Origin: Nymphaea colorata
Lineage: Eukaryota
Assembly (NCBI RefSeq): GCF_008831285.2
Contig: NC_045138.2
Span: forward strand, 8,432,001-8,496,000
Reading direction: 5' to 3'
DNA: 64,000 nt
Shown here: in pieces, positions 63,392-64,000 of the stretch
Layout of the letters: each line of letters starts with the position of its first letter
Numbering within the stretch: position 1 is the stretch's first letter
Program-made: the position numbers and the translations under genes
Notes under the pieces: model-generated
Databases searched by the model: none
The model's input: the letters and a program-made list of their open reading frames with translations, nothing else
Told to the model about the DNA's origin: nothing

Positions 63392-64000
63392 CTAAGTTCA
63401 AAAAAATTGCTCAGCATCAAGACATGCAAATAAAGGTTTTACCAAGTAGAACATGTCAACTACCAAGTCAGAATCAGGCAAAACAATTCTCGTGGGAAGA
63501 ACAAAAGTCACATGTGAAAAGTACACATAGGGAAACAAACAAAAGTGAATGGCACAAAGACAAAAGCTAAAACAAGGAAAGACATAGAAACAAAATTCAC
63601 CAAGCATACATTAGAGAAGTCTTCGGCTTTAACAATAGCAACCTCAAGACTGGCACTTGAGCCAATAACCTTCAAAAGGGTCTCTGTCTCATGATGAATT
63701 AGGAAGTTTTAGTTACCTAAGTGGCTAACCTTGAAAATCGCAGCCCAGTAGGAGGTTAAGCTAAAAACTGGTTGCTGAAACAACATTCATGAAGTGCTAG
63801 AGTTGATGAAGAACATTCTAAATTTGGTCCAGGGTTTAATAAAAAATACCCATTAACTAAAAAATACTGTGACAGAACATCCTGAAAAAACTGACAATGG
63901 AAGTAAGGAATGCATGGGCAGATATGTCTATACAATCTTGCAGCAATGTCACCCAGGTGTGGGGTGTGCAGGTGCTGGTGTGGTGTGAGTGCGGCATTTT

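Noticed and set aside
1..64000. CRISPR arrays, tRNA/rRNA genes, prokaryotic systems
   Set aside because: Eukaryotic intron- and TE-rich DNA; no repeat-spacer array or structural RNA gene recognised.

Overview
Plant nuclear DNA. About 2.0-47.7 kb is a nested pile of Ty3/Gypsy chromoviruses whose RT, integrase and chromodomain look Reina-like, but whose LTRs are unusually long (3-4.2 kb). The pile contains one complete but decayed element (9664-22513, TSD TAGGC), a 5'-truncated element, several solo LTRs with intact TSDs, a tail-to-tail LTR palindrome at about 39 kb, and a pol-less element. That last element encodes a Gag-like N-terminus fused to a repeat-containing protein I do not recognise. 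In several families the reading frame continues past the PPT into the 3' LTR, and new insertions cluster near the U5 ends of older LTRs. A plastid rpl33 fragment is inserted in one pol gene. 47.7-52.6 kb holds an L1 LINE remnant interrupted by the 3' half of a Ty1/Copia element. Two host genes lie on the minus strand: an Expp1-like secreted protein (57373-54104) and the last two coding exons of an IQD5-like gene (63391-62521). MITEs and microsatellites are also present. Family labels A-G are my own working names. All calls are by eye; no database searches were run.
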